NCBI GenBank assembly: GCA_034434515.1 | Contig: DAOTZA010000084.1 | Location: forward strand, 7,261-71,260 | DNA from: Anaerolineales bacterium | GTDB lineage: Bacteria; Chloroflexota; Anaerolineae; Anaerolineales; UBA4823 | DNA: 64,000 nt | Reading direction: 5' to 3' | Shown here: piece after piece, positions 17,649 through 29,396 of the stretch | How positions within the stretch are numbered: the first letter of the stretch is position 1 | How the letters are laid out: each line of letters begins with the position of its first letter | Program-made: the position numbers and the translations under genes | Notes under the pieces: model-generated | What the model was told of the DNA's origin: nothing | Databases searched by the model: none | Seen by the model: only the letters and a program-made list of their open reading frames with translations

Positions 17649-19736
17649 TTATGGGCTTAAGGGTCGCCATGCCGCATCGAATTCTTTAGAGGGAAAATCC
17701 GTTAACTGAGTTTTCCCTGCTCCATTTGCAGCAATCATGTAAATATCATGATTTCTTCCATTGGGCCAACTGGTGAAGAGAATCCATAAACCATCTGGAG
17801 AAAACACCGGATCCCGAACCGGAGTCGGACCGAGATCAAAGCCATACTCAACGGTTTTACCTTCAACGTTCGAGAATACTGCCAGTCTAGGTACCCCTCC
17901 CGGTTTCAAAGCCTGGGTGAAAACGATCAAATTGCCATCGGGTGACCATTTCGGCGAAGCATTAACTTTTGTTCCACTTAGCGTTAATCTCTCTTGTTCC
18001 GAACCATCAGCCAGCATCACCCACAAATCCGAAGGACCTTGTCTGCGGGAGACAAATACGATTCTTTTACCATCTGGAGACCAGGAGGGTTGGTAGTCGC
18101 GACTAAATTCGTCCGATAATCTCTTTACCTCGAGAGTCTGGATATTCATCAGGTAGATCCGAGGACGATTGGTTATGCGCAAGGATGTAAAGACAATCCA
18201 GTCTCCATCCGGTGACCAGGCTGGATCATAATCTCCACCGGGCACATTGGGTAAGGGAGTTAAATTTGTCCCATCCACATCAATCAGAAACATTCCTGAA
18301 CCAGGATAGCTTTCTTTTTCATCTGGACAAGGTGAGATGAAAATCAACCTCATCCCATTCGGAGAGAAATTTGGCTGGCAAGCTCCTTCTGGCATATTGG
18401 TTAGCTGGGTTAAGCCGCTTCCATCGATATTCATCAACCAGATTTGATTGCTTCCCGAACGATTGGAGGCAAAGGCAATCTGCCCAAGACTTCCTCCAAA
18501 AGGTGTCGGAGAAATCGTAGGAGTCGGCGCGTCATTGACCAACCCATGGAACAAGGGTGTTGGAGTAATGAAATAGGTAGGCGTAGGGGTATGACTTTGT
18601 GCTACAGTAACCGTTGATGAAGCGCCTATTGATCCTGAAACGGGGGTTTGCGTAGATTGAAATTGAAATGAAGAGATGTCTGTTGTTGCCGTAGTAAGGG
18701 AGACCTGAACTGACGAGTGGTTTTTCCTAAAAGACCACCATAGGCCTATCGTAATTACCAAAAAAATGAGTCCCCCCCAAACCCAAAGGGGTACGTGCAT
18801 CCATCGCTTTTGGCTCAATACCTCTGGAAGGCTCACAGGTTTTCCTTGAGTTCCTTCTTCCAATTCAATCGTTTTTGGACGCGTTGTCGAGGGTTGGGAT
18901 GAGACTCGCGTCGATGATGATTTTCGATTGCGTTGAGATTCTAGCAAAGCATCCTTAAACTCTTGGGCATTGACAAAACGGTCTTCCGGTTTGACCTCTA
19001 ATGCTTTTTCGATTACTGCTGCGAATTCTTCCGAAATCTTTGGATTTCTAACCCGCACTCTGGTCAATTGTGCCTGGCCCATCAGCCGCGCTAAACCATC
19101 TTCGGGTAAGTGGCCGGTAACAGCAGCATACAATGTCGCACCCAGAGAATAAATATCCGAACGATGATCGGTACGGGCAGTCCCGTATTGTTCCGGAGGG
19201 GAGTATCCAGGGGTCATTGCTCTTGCCCCCGTTGTCGTCACCTGATTCCCCTCCAGAACTTTTGCCAAGCCAAAGTCAACCAGATAGATGTGTCCATTCG
19301 GTGAGATCTTCACGTTGCCCGGCTTGATATCCCGGTGAACGATTGGCTCGGTGCGAGAGTCGAGATAAGTCAAAGCGTCACAAATCGCAGCCCCAATCTG
19401 CACTGCTTCTTCCTCGGAGATAACCCCTAATCGCTCCATCCGTTCGCGCAGGTCTTCTCCCTCTACATAATCCATCACTAGATATTGTCCCTGCCCCTCG
19501 ATAACAAAATGATCGGTAACTCGGGTTAGATTGGGATGGCGTAGATTGGCAAGAATGACTGCCTCCCGATGGAACTGTCGCGCATACTCCTCGGTTGTGA
19601 ACAGATTTTCCTTTAGTGCGACTTCTACCCCTAAATTCTCGTCAATGGCGCGATAAACCGCACCCATTCCTCCCTGGCCGAGGATTTCAATTATTCGATA
19701 ACGCTGATTGACTAACGCACCGCGCTCAAGCACCAT
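17649..19736 (-). CDS. Ser/Thr protein kinase with TM segment and extracytoplasmic TolB-like (PD40) beta-propeller
   Basis: 695 aa. Hanks motifs GQGGMGAVY, HRDIKPGN, DFG and SPE are present, followed by one TM. SPDG/SPNG PD40 repeats occur about six times in the C-terminal half. Confidence 0.85.
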   Translation of the reverse strand: MVLERGALVNQRYRIIEILGQGGMGAVYRAIDENLGVEVALKENLFTTEEYARQFHREAVILANLRHPNLTRVTDHFVIEGQGQYLVMDYVEGEDLRERMERLGVISEEEAVQIGAAICDALTYLDSRTEPIVHRDIKPGNVKISPNGHIYLVDFGLAKVLEGNQVTTTGARAMTPGYSPPEQYGTARTDHRSDIYSLGATLYAAVTGHLPEDGLARLMGQAQLTRVRVRNPKISEEFAAVIEKALEVKPEDRFVNAQEFKDALLESQRNRKSSSTRVSSQPSTTRPKTIELEEGTQGKPVSLPEVLSQKRWMHVPLWVWGGLIFLVITIGLWWSFRKNHSSVQVSLTTATTDISSFQFQSTQTPVSGSIGASSTVTVAQSHTPTPTYFITPTPLFHGLVNDAPTPTISPTPFGGSLGQIAFASNRSGSNQIWLMNIDGSGLTQLTNMPEGACQPNFSPNGMRLIFISPCPDEKESYPGSGMFLIDVDGTNLTPLPNVPGGDYDPAWSPDGDWIVFTSLRITNRPRIYLMNIQTLEVKRLSDEFSRDYQPSWSPDGKRIVFVSRRQGPSDLWVMLADGSEQERLTLSGTKVNASPKWSPDGNLIVFTQALKPGGVPRLAVFSNVEGKTVEYGFDLGPTPVRDPVFSPDGLWILFTSWPNGRNHDIYMIAANGAGKTQLTDFPSKEFDAAWRPLSP

Positions 19737-19836
19737 GATGAGTTTCTTGATGAGAGAAGGTTCAACCCATTATATATTAACCTACCTTGGATAGCTTCAC
19801 ATAAAAAATAGATTAAATTTTCACCGATTTCTGTAA

Positions 19837-21765
<1,929 letters not shown>

Positions 21766-21783
21766 TTAAGTGCCTTGCAACCC

Positions 21784-22854
21784 TCACGCTGCAGAGACAG
21801 TCTCCAATTTCCGCATCATCTCATTCACCCACAACGTTGCATCTCGATAATAAATAAAAGTGGTTGCCAGAAGGGCGCTGTTAATAAAACCATGCCCGGC
21901 GATTCCGATCAACATCATCCAGGAAGTTTCCTTCGGAAATCGCCAGATAATGTCCATTGCCTCTCCAATTGCAAAAATTATCAAGAGAAAAAACAGCGTA
22001 TTGGGAAATGTAAAGCGCGTCAGTTGAATGCTCTGCTTGATGGACTTCAAAACATCATCGCGATTGACAAATATACCATGAGGAGAAAAAACCAATGGGA
22101 ACAGCAACCAAACAAGAACACCCATCAGAACAAGAATGCCAAACTGAGCGGCAGCTAAATTCCCAAAAGTCAAAAATGAAATCAGACAACTGCATGGCAA
22201 ACCAACCATCGCAATCAGCGAAAACCAAAAGACTGTCAGGAGCATCACCTGCAGACTATGACGCAGCCAGGATTTCAGAGAATCGATCCAATTAATCCCC
22301 CCCTGCACTGCAGCCTGCGCAACAAGCGTAAAATATATGCTGGCTGCTAAAATCCCAACCAGTGAACAAGCCAGCCATGCCAGCAGAACCGTCTTCAAGG
22401 AGCTTGCCTGGATGACGATAGGTTCACTCAAAGGTGAATTTACAGGCTGAATGCCAGCCATCAAACTAAAGACGCCCACCGGATAAGAGCGCAGAAATAC
22501 AAAGAGGTTCAACCTTTCACCTAATGCACTCCATACGAGTTGTCCCACCCTCAGTGCTTCTTCATTCGGGGTAGGTCCACTCGAATAAAACTCATTCCAG
22601 GTCGAAAGCAATCCCTCCACCAGACGGGTGACTTTCAGGCGAGGTCCCAACCACAGGAATGTATCCAATGCAATTGGAATCAAAATGATAAAGACATGAT
22701 TGGCAATTGCATCGAATCCCTTTCGGAGAGATCCCAATAGGCTAGGCGGACTTAGCTTTACTTGCTCACTCTGGTTAATCATATTGAAAGATTCTACCAT
22801 ATCCATCTCAGAAATCTTCCGCCAGGGTGTAGAATCGGATGGTAAGCAATGCAA
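21784..22854 (-). CDS. hypothetical polytopic membrane protein
   Basis: 356-aa ORF with at least 7 hydrophobic helices and no family recognised. The start is uncertain: TTG 22854, or ATG 22806 or 22800. Confidence 0.45.
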   Translation of the reverse strand: MHCLPSDSTPWRKISEMDMVESFNMINQSEQVKLSPPSLLGSLRKGFDAIANHVFIILIPIALDTFLWLGPRLKVTRLVEGLLSTWNEFYSSGPTPNEEALRVGQLVWSALGERLNLFVFLRSYPVGVFSLMAGIQPVNSPLSEPIVIQASSLKTVLLAWLACSLVGILAASIYFTLVAQAAVQGGINWIDSLKSWLRHSLQVMLLTVFWFSLIAMVGLPCSCLISFLTFGNLAAAQFGILVLMGVLVWLLFPLVFSPHGIFVNRDDVLKSIKQSIQLTRFTFPNTLFFLLIIFAIGEAMDIIWRFPKETSWMMLIGIAGHGFINSALLATTFIYYRDATLWVNEMMRKLETVSAA

Positions 22855-22889
22855 AAGGCTGTTACAATCAAAGAAAGCTTTGGAGGTTT

Positions 22890-24032
22890 ATGGTATCCGC
22901 AGAAATCTTAACCATCGGCACTGAAATTCTCTTAGGTGAAATCAACGACACCAACGCCTCCTATCTTGCCCGAAAATTACGCGAAATAGGGTTGGATGTA
23001 TATCGAAAAACCACGGTAGGCGATAACCCACAGCGGATTGCTACTTTTCTTCAGGAAGCTTTCATGCGCTGTCAAGTCGTCCTATCGACAGGAGGACTAG
23101 GCCCAACCGTTGACGATCCAACCCGAGAAGCCGTAGCACTTGCGTTTAATGTAGAGCTCAAGTACTACCCTCACCTTTGGGAACAAATTCAAGAACGATT
23201 TCGTCGCTATGGGAGAACTCCCACCGAAAACAATCGCCGTCAGGCCTTTCTACCTGAGGGTGCTATTCCAATCGAAAACCCAGTTGGGACCGCTCCAGGG
23301 TTCATCATCGAAAGCGATGAAAAAATCCTCATCTGTCTCCCCGGGGTTCCCAGAGAGATGGAGTACTTAATGGAAAATCGGGTAATTCCCTATTTGAGAG
23401 AGCGCCTGGGTCTAACGGAGATGATCAAAACGCGCACACTCCACACCATTGGCGTTGGTGAATCCCTGATCGATAGCAAGATTGCCGATTTAGAAACCTC
23501 GTCAAATCCAACCGTAGGTTTAGCTGCTCACTCTGGGCAAGTCGATATCCGCATTACGGTAAAAGCTGATAGTGAAGCGAAAGCCAATCAGCAAATCTCG
23601 ATCCTCGAGCAAGAGATCCGTCGGCGATTGGGAAATTGGATTTATGGTGTCGATGAGGAGACTATTGAGAAAATTGCTCTTCAACCCTTAAGAGAGAAAC
23701 ACTGGCGATTAGCAACCTGTGAAAGCGGTACCAATGGGTTACTTATCCAACGCCTATCCCCTTATGGTGAACCCCTAGTCGCCGCTCAAGTTCTACCGAT
23801 TCCTACCCCTCCAGAAGAATTTTTTGCCCTCACTGACTCTTTTCGAAGGTTCGCTGATGCAGAATGCGGTTTGGGAATCCTTGTTCTCGCCAACTCACCA
23901 GCGCAAGAAGTCTATCTGCATTTGATCACGCCAGAAACAAAACAAACTTTCACCAAACCTTATGGTGGACCACCGCAAAACGCACCTCGTTGGGCAGTTC
24001 ATCATGCATTAGATATCCTACGTAACCTATAG
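22890..24032 (+). CDS. cinA: CinA-family protein (MoCF-binding domain plus PncC-like NMN deamidase domain)
   Basis: Preferred ATG 22890, with GGAGG 3-7 nt upstream. The sequence is MVSAEILTIGTEILLGEINDTNASYLARKL, with C-terminal ATCESGTNGLL. Confidence 0.8.
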   Translation: MVSAEILTIGTEILLGEINDTNASYLARKLREIGLDVYRKTTVGDNPQRIATFLQEAFMRCQVVLSTGGLGPTVDDPTREAVALAFNVELKYYPHLWEQIQERFRRYGRTPTENNRRQAFLPEGAIPIENPVGTAPGFIIESDEKILICLPGVPREMEYLMENRVIPYLRERLGLTEMIKTRTLHTIGVGESLIDSKIADLETSSNPTVGLAAHSGQVDIRITVKADSEAKANQQISILEQEIRRRLGNWIYGVDEETIEKIALQPLREKHWRLATCESGTNGLLIQRLSPYGEPLVAAQVLPIPTPPEEFFALTDSFRRFADAECGLGILVLANSPAQEVYLHLITPETKQTFTKPYGGPPQNAPRWAVHHALDILRNL

Positions 24033-24044
24033 AAAGAGGAACCT

Positions 24045-26033
24045 GTGGACAAACCAAAAATCACCACCGATCTTCTCTTGACCAACGCCGTTGTCTTAAC
24101 CATGGATGAGAAATTCAGCCAGTATGAACCAGGCGCAGTTGCGATTCAGGGCGATCAAATTATCGCCGTTGGAGATGAGAAAGAGATTCTGGCTCATTAT
24201 GAATCTTCCAATCAAATAGATTGCGAAAACAAAGTGCTTATGCCTGGCTTGATCAATGCCCACACCCATGTCCCAATGACACTTTTGCGCGGATTGGCGG
24301 ACGATCTTCGCCTAGATGTGTGGTTGTTGGGCTACATGATGCCCGTTGAGCGGGAATTTGTCTCACCCGATTTTGTCGTCTTGGGCACCCAGCTTGCCCT
24401 CGCAGAGATGATTCGCTGCGGTATCACCTGCTTTGCAGATATGTATTATTTCGAAGAAGATATTGCCAAAACCACCGCAGAAGTAGGAATGAGAGCCATC
24501 TGTTCCCAAACGGTGCTCAAATTCCCTGCTCCCGATGCACCTTATTACGAAGAGTCCTTAGCCATTGCCCGCGACTACATTCGCCGCTGGATTGGGCATC
24601 CTTTGATCATTCCGTCAGTTGCTCCCCATGCTCCCTATACATGCACGGCCGAAATCTTACGCTCCTGCGCTGAATTAGCTCAAGAATTTGACGTTCCCCT
24701 TCATACCCATCTGGCAGAGACGGCCAACGAAGTCGAAGAATCACGAGCCGAGCACGGAATGCCCGTCATCCCATACGTAAAGAAACAAAACCTGTTCGAA
24801 GCCAAAGTGCTGGCAGCCCACTGCGTTCACATCGATGATGGCGAAATCCACACCCTGTTGCACCATAACGCCGGTGTCGCTCACAACCCATCGTCGAATC
24901 TGAAGCTGGCTTCCGGATTTGCCCCGGTTCAAAAAATGCTGGAATTAGGGCTCAATGTTGGTATCGGCACTGACGGACCGGCTTCCAACAACGATTTAGA
25001 TATGTTTGAGGAAATGCGTCTCGCTGCCCTGCTCGCAAAGGGGGTAAGCAACGACCCGACCGCTCTACCAGCACATCAAGCTGTGAGCATGGCAACCCGA
25101 CTTGGGGCAAAAGCCCTCCACATTGACCACTTGACTGGCTCGCTTGAAGTAGGAAAGCGCGCCGATCTAATCTTGGTGGACATCACTCCTATTCATAATG
25201 TGCCACACTTCCGCCGCGATGGTCAGGCGATTTACGCTCAACTGGTCTATGCAGCCCATAAGAACGACGTAACCGATGTAATGGTCAACGGCAAATGGCT
25301 GATGCGCAATCGTCAACTGATGGGCTTAGATGAAGCTGAACTCCGCACACACGCTCAAGAATATGCTCGCAAAATCGACCTGTTCCTGATTCAACGCGAG
25401 CAATCCATTCTCTCCAAATTGATAGCCATCGGTGGCGCCACGGAGACTGAAAGCTTTGAGGTTCAAGTGAAAGTCCAGATTCAAGATCCTCAACCGGTAT
25501 TAGAGGCCATCGCCAACAATGAACTGGAAATCCTCTACTTTCGCCATTACCACGAATATGACACGTATTTCTTCTTCTCTGATCCTCAGCAAGGATACTT
25601 ACGTTATCGCGAAGACGAAATGCTGGATGAAAAAGGGAATATTACCAATGTTCGCTACCGCCTCACCTTATTAGGCCATCCACGCGAAGCCAGATTTGAT
25701 GGCGATGTGTTGCTCTCCCGTAGTCGCTATATCGCTCCCGCCACCCATAGTTTACGTTTCTATCGGGAATACTTCAAACCTATCCAGGAAGTCTCAATCG
25801 TGAAAGATCGTCTGCGCTGGCGAGTTTTGTTCCAGGGTACGGAGATTTATATCAACCTTGATCATCTTGAAAATCCTAGCTTGGGTTATTTCCTGGAGGT
25901 CAAAAGCCGCACCTGGAGCAAACGCGATGCCGAATATAAAGCTGAAATTGCTGCAAACCTCATTCGCTTGCTTGGTGGCTCGCCAGAAAACAATGTCACC
26001 AAAGATTATATTGAGATGATTTATCCGGGCTAG
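24045..26033 (+). CDS. MTA/SAH-deaminase-like amidohydrolase fused to a C-terminal CYTH-like domain
   Basis: 662 aa. Residues 1-~440 are ATZ/TRZ/MtaD-type (PGLINAHTHVPMT, HLAE, GTDG). Residues ~468-645 follow the CYTH/CyaB pattern (FEVQVKV...DTYFF...LRYRE...YRLTL...LGYFLEVKS). GTG start with AAGAGGA upstream. Confidence 0.7.
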   Translation: MDKPKITTDLLLTNAVVLTMDEKFSQYEPGAVAIQGDQIIAVGDEKEILAHYESSNQIDCENKVLMPGLINAHTHVPMTLLRGLADDLRLDVWLLGYMMPVEREFVSPDFVVLGTQLALAEMIRCGITCFADMYYFEEDIAKTTAEVGMRAICSQTVLKFPAPDAPYYEESLAIARDYIRRWIGHPLIIPSVAPHAPYTCTAEILRSCAELAQEFDVPLHTHLAETANEVEESRAEHGMPVIPYVKKQNLFEAKVLAAHCVHIDDGEIHTLLHHNAGVAHNPSSNLKLASGFAPVQKMLELGLNVGIGTDGPASNNDLDMFEEMRLAALLAKGVSNDPTALPAHQAVSMATRLGAKALHIDHLTGSLEVGKRADLILVDITPIHNVPHFRRDGQAIYAQLVYAAHKNDVTDVMVNGKWLMRNRQLMGLDEAELRTHAQEYARKIDLFLIQREQSILSKLIAIGGATETESFEVQVKVQIQDPQPVLEAIANNELEILYFRHYHEYDTYFFFSDPQQGYLRYREDEMLDEKGNITNVRYRLTLLGHPREARFDGDVLLSRSRYIAPATHSLRFYREYFKPIQEVSIVKDRLRWRVLFQGTEIYINLDHLENPSLGYFLEVKSRTWSKRDAEYKAEIAANLIRLLGGSPENNVTKDYIEMIYPG

Positions 26034-26050
26034 GAGAACGCTTCCTTACG

Positions 26051-26857
26051 ATGAATGATTCTACGCAGCTCTCAGAAATCGAATTTGCATCTCATTTAGT
26101 TCGCAAAGCTGGCAAAGCGCTGTTGGAGTATTTCCAAAACGGAAAACTTAACATTCACCGGAAGAACGATCACACCTTAGTGACACAAGCCGATCTTGCG
26201 GTGGACGAATTGATCCACTCGGAAATTCAGAAAACTTTCGGCGGTGATTTCATCTTGAGCGAAGAGGTCTCACCTGCTATTGAGACTGCTTCTAACAAGG
26301 GGTGGATCGTCGATCCACTGGATGGAACCACCAACTTTGCCCTTGGGTTACATTACTGGGGGGTTCTCATCACTCGCGTTGAGCATGGCTTGCCAAGCTT
26401 CACCGTCCAATATTTTCCAGCCCTGGAAGAATTCTATCAAGCTCAATTGAACGAACCATCCAGACTGAATGGTCACCTAATTCGGGTGGAAGATGCGAGG
26501 AACAGTCAAAGAATCTCCTTTTTCTCCTGCTGTTCTCGCGCTCATCGAAAATACGAAATCAATCTCCGCTACAAAACGCGCATTTTGGGCAGCGCTGGCT
26601 ACTCCATGGCTAGCATCGCTCGTGGCGCAGCCCGAATTGCCTTCGATGCTCAGGCTAAGATTTGGGATATTGCCGGCGCGTGGTTGCTGGTTCCCCAAGC
26701 GGGTGGGGTAATTGGACCATTGTATGGTGATTCTCCTTTCCCTTTGAGGAGGAACTTTGACTATTCCATATACGACTATGCTATTTTAGCAGCCGCTTCA
26801 CCTCAATTCTTCCAGGAAGGTCTTGATAAAATACATTTGAAACCAACCTCAGTCTAA
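26051..26857 (+). CDS. inositol monophosphatase family protein
   Basis: 268 aa. IMPase motifs ILSEE and WIVDPLDGTTNF are present. Confidence 0.8.
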   Translation: MNDSTQLSEIEFASHLVRKAGKALLEYFQNGKLNIHRKNDHTLVTQADLAVDELIHSEIQKTFGGDFILSEEVSPAIETASNKGWIVDPLDGTTNFALGLHYWGVLITRVEHGLPSFTVQYFPALEEFYQAQLNEPSRLNGHLIRVEDARNSQRISFFSCCSRAHRKYEINLRYKTRILGSAGYSMASIARGAARIAFDAQAKIWDIAGAWLLVPQAGGVIGPLYGDSPFPLRRNFDYSIYDYAILAAASPQFFQEGLDKIHLKPTSV

Positions 26858-26869
26858 AGGAGCGAAAAC

Positions 26870-27865
26870 ATGGAATATCGTTTTCTCGGTAAAACTGGCT
26901 TGAAACTCTCGGCGTTATCATTTGGATCCTGGGTAACCTTTGGCGACCAGGTCAATGAAGAGATTGCCTACGCCTGTATGAAAGAAGCTTATGAAGCAGG
27001 AGTTAACTTCTTTGACAACGCAGAAGTCTACGCAAAAGGGAAAGCCGAAATCATGATGGGTAACATTATCAAAAAAGCCGGCTGGAAACGCACCGACCTG
27101 GTCATTTCCACAAAAATCTTCTGGGGTGGAGAAGGCCCAAACGATCGAGGCTTATCGATGAAGCACATCATGGAAGGCATGAACGCTTCACTAAAACGCT
27201 TGCAAATGGATTACGTCGATCTGGTCTTCTGCCACCGCCCAGACATATACACCCCAATCGAAGAAACGGTATGGGCAATGAATTTGCTGATCCAGCAAGG
27301 AAAAGCATTCTACTGGGGTACAAGCGAGTGGAGTGCTGCCCAAATTATGGAAGCGTACGGAGTGGCACGGCGTGAGCACCTTATCCCACCCGTTATGGAA
27401 CAACCCGAGTACAACATGTTTGCCCGTCAGCGCGTGGAAGCTGAATACGCTCATCTTTATCGTACGATTGGGCTGGGTACAACGATTTGGAGCCCGCTCG
27501 CCAGCGGATTGCTGACCGGGAAATACAACGAAGGTATTCCTGAAGGCAGCCGCCTCTCCTTACCAGGTTACGAGTGGCTACGCCAACGCTTTCAAGGGGA
27601 AGCCTTTGAGAGAAAGGTGGCGGCAATAAAACGTTTGGCTGGCGTGGCCGAAGAACTTGGGTGTACCTTGGCTCAACTCGCCATTGCCTGGTGTTTGAAA
27701 AACCCCAACGTCAGCACGGTGATTACCGGCGCGTCAAAGCCGGAGCAGGTGCGTGAAAACATGCAAGCCCTCGAAGTGGTTCCAAAATTGACCGCCGAGG
27801 TGATGGAAAAAATAGAAGAAATTCTTGACAATAAACCGCGGCCCGAAAAAGACTGGCGTGAATAA
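26870..27865 (+). CDS. aldo/keto reductase (Kv-beta-subunit-like)
   Basis: 331 aa: [25 protein letters not shown]...[14 protein letters not shown]. Confidence 0.8.
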   Translation: MEYRFLGKTGLKLSALSFGSWVTFGDQVNEEIAYACMKEAYEAGVNFFDNAEVYAKGKAEIMMGNIIKKAGWKRTDLVISTKIFWGGEGPNDRGLSMKHIMEGMNASLKRLQMDYVDLVFCHRPDIYTPIEETVWAMNLLIQQGKAFYWGTSEWSAAQIMEAYGVARREHLIPPVMEQPEYNMFARQRVEAEYAHLYRTIGLGTTIWSPLASGLLTGKYNEGIPEGSRLSLPGYEWLRQRFQGEAFERKVAAIKRLAGVAEELGCTLAQLAIAWCLKNPNVSTVITGASKPEQVRENMQALEVVPKLTAEVMEKIEEILDNKPRPEKDWRE

Positions 27866-27882
27866 TTTATTGCGGGGGGATA

Positions 27883-29310
27883 TCAAAGGTGGCTTTTCCT
27901 GACGATATCCACCCGCGCAGTATCAACCTCTTTCCGAATCGTAGTAACCAGACGCTTACTCCGTTGCGGAGCATCTCCAATATAACGCTCTACAGAGAGT
28001 AGTTCCCGCAACTGCGCTTCAGATAGAACCTTGAGCAACCTTGCTTCGTGACAGATAAGCTCAACCAGAGGATTGTCACCCGTCTTACGAATAACATCCC
28101 AAGCCTGTAAGGACAACTGGCGTAAAACCTCATGAATCTCCTGGCGGCTTGCGCCAGCCTGGGTAACCGCGACCAGCACCCTTTCGGTAGCAGCAAATGG
28201 AGCAAAGCGCTCGAAATTCCGCCGAATGTTTTCTTCCTGGATCACCAAATTCCGAGCCAACCGCAAACCAGTCCTCAAAAGTTCATCCGTGAGCAAGAAC
28301 ATCTCCGGTAATAACGTACGACGGCTTGCCGAGTCATCCAGGGTATTTTCCAGCATGGAGTGCGCAGCATGATCCCAAGCCAGACGAGGAAATTGAGCAA
28401 GTTGACGCGCTAACGCATTGATCTTTTCAGCTTGAATAGGATTACGTTTAAATGGCATCGCCGAAGAGCCCACCTGCTTCTCACCAAAAGGTTCGGCCCA
28501 TTCCGCTGTAACTGCCGATTGAAGAAAACGCAAATCTAGGGCAAATCGGTGTAAAGAAGCCCCGATTCCGGCTAAAAGGTTGGCTATACGAAAATCTTGT
28601 TGGCGAGGATACACCTGAGTCGTCACCTCAAAAAAAGGTAGCCCGATCCGCTCGGCTAAACGATTCTGAAAGCGTTGAAGCTGGTCCTCACCCACAAGCT
28701 CCATAAACGACGCACTGGTGCCAACCGCCCCTCGAAATCCCTTAAGGCGAAACTCACGCAACGCCACCAGCAATTCCCTCCAGTTCATCCATAAATCCTG
28801 AGCATATTGCCCAAAACGATATCCCAACGTAGTCGGCTCTGCTGGCTGCAAATGGGTAAATGCCATAATCGGCAACGTTGCATATCGTTCAGTTTGGACA
28901 CAAAACACTTCCAGCAGTTCTTCCAGTTTCTGCCGAATCATCCACAGTGAATCATAAACTCGCAACGCATCCGCATTGTCCTTAATATCCATCGAAGTCG
29001 CCCCAAAGTGAAGGATACTTCCCCCAAGCGGGCATTGCTCCGCAAAGGCTTTTATGGCTGCCATCAGGTCATGGTGGAGTTCGGTTTCGATCTCGACAAT
29101 TCGCTTTAAGTCAATCCGTTCCAGATTAGCCTGTAAATCCTGTATTTGGGTGTGACTCACCAGACCAAATTCACTTTGGGTTTCCGCCAATGCCAGCCAT
29201 AGTTTCCGCCAAAGGAGGTGTTTCTGCCGCTCGCTCCAAATACCCCGCATTTCAGGCGAGCCATATCGCCATGAAAAAGGAGATTGATAATTCAGTCCAT
29301 CTTCATCCAT
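27883..29310 (-). CDS. purB: adenylosuccinate lyase
   Basis: Fumarate-lyase signature GSSAMPFKRNP. The preferred start is ATG 29310 (MDEDGLNYQSPFSWRYGSPEM). The track ORF extends to 29364. Confidence 0.85.
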   Translation of the reverse strand: MDEDGLNYQSPFSWRYGSPEMRGIWSERQKHLLWRKLWLALAETQSEFGLVSHTQIQDLQANLERIDLKRIVEIETELHHDLMAAIKAFAEQCPLGGSILHFGATSMDIKDNADALRVYDSLWMIRQKLEELLEVFCVQTERYATLPIMAFTHLQPAEPTTLGYRFGQYAQDLWMNWRELLVALREFRLKGFRGAVGTSASFMELVGEDQLQRFQNRLAERIGLPFFEVTTQVYPRQQDFRIANLLAGIGASLHRFALDLRFLQSAVTAEWAEPFGEKQVGSSAMPFKRNPIQAEKINALARQLAQFPRLAWDHAAHSMLENTLDDSASRRTLLPEMFLLTDELLRTGLRLARNLVIQEENIRRNFERFAPFAATERVLVAVTQAGASRQEIHEVLRQLSLQAWDVIRKTGDNPLVELICHEARLLKVLSEAQLRELLSVERYIGDAPQRSKRLVTTIRKEVDTARVDIVRKSHL

Positions 29311-29396
29311 ACTTAGAATCGAATTATACTTAGGGGAAAGAAAAAAGTATAGCGAACAGAACAAACTCTTTCAATCCAAAACTGTGCAAACCCAAA

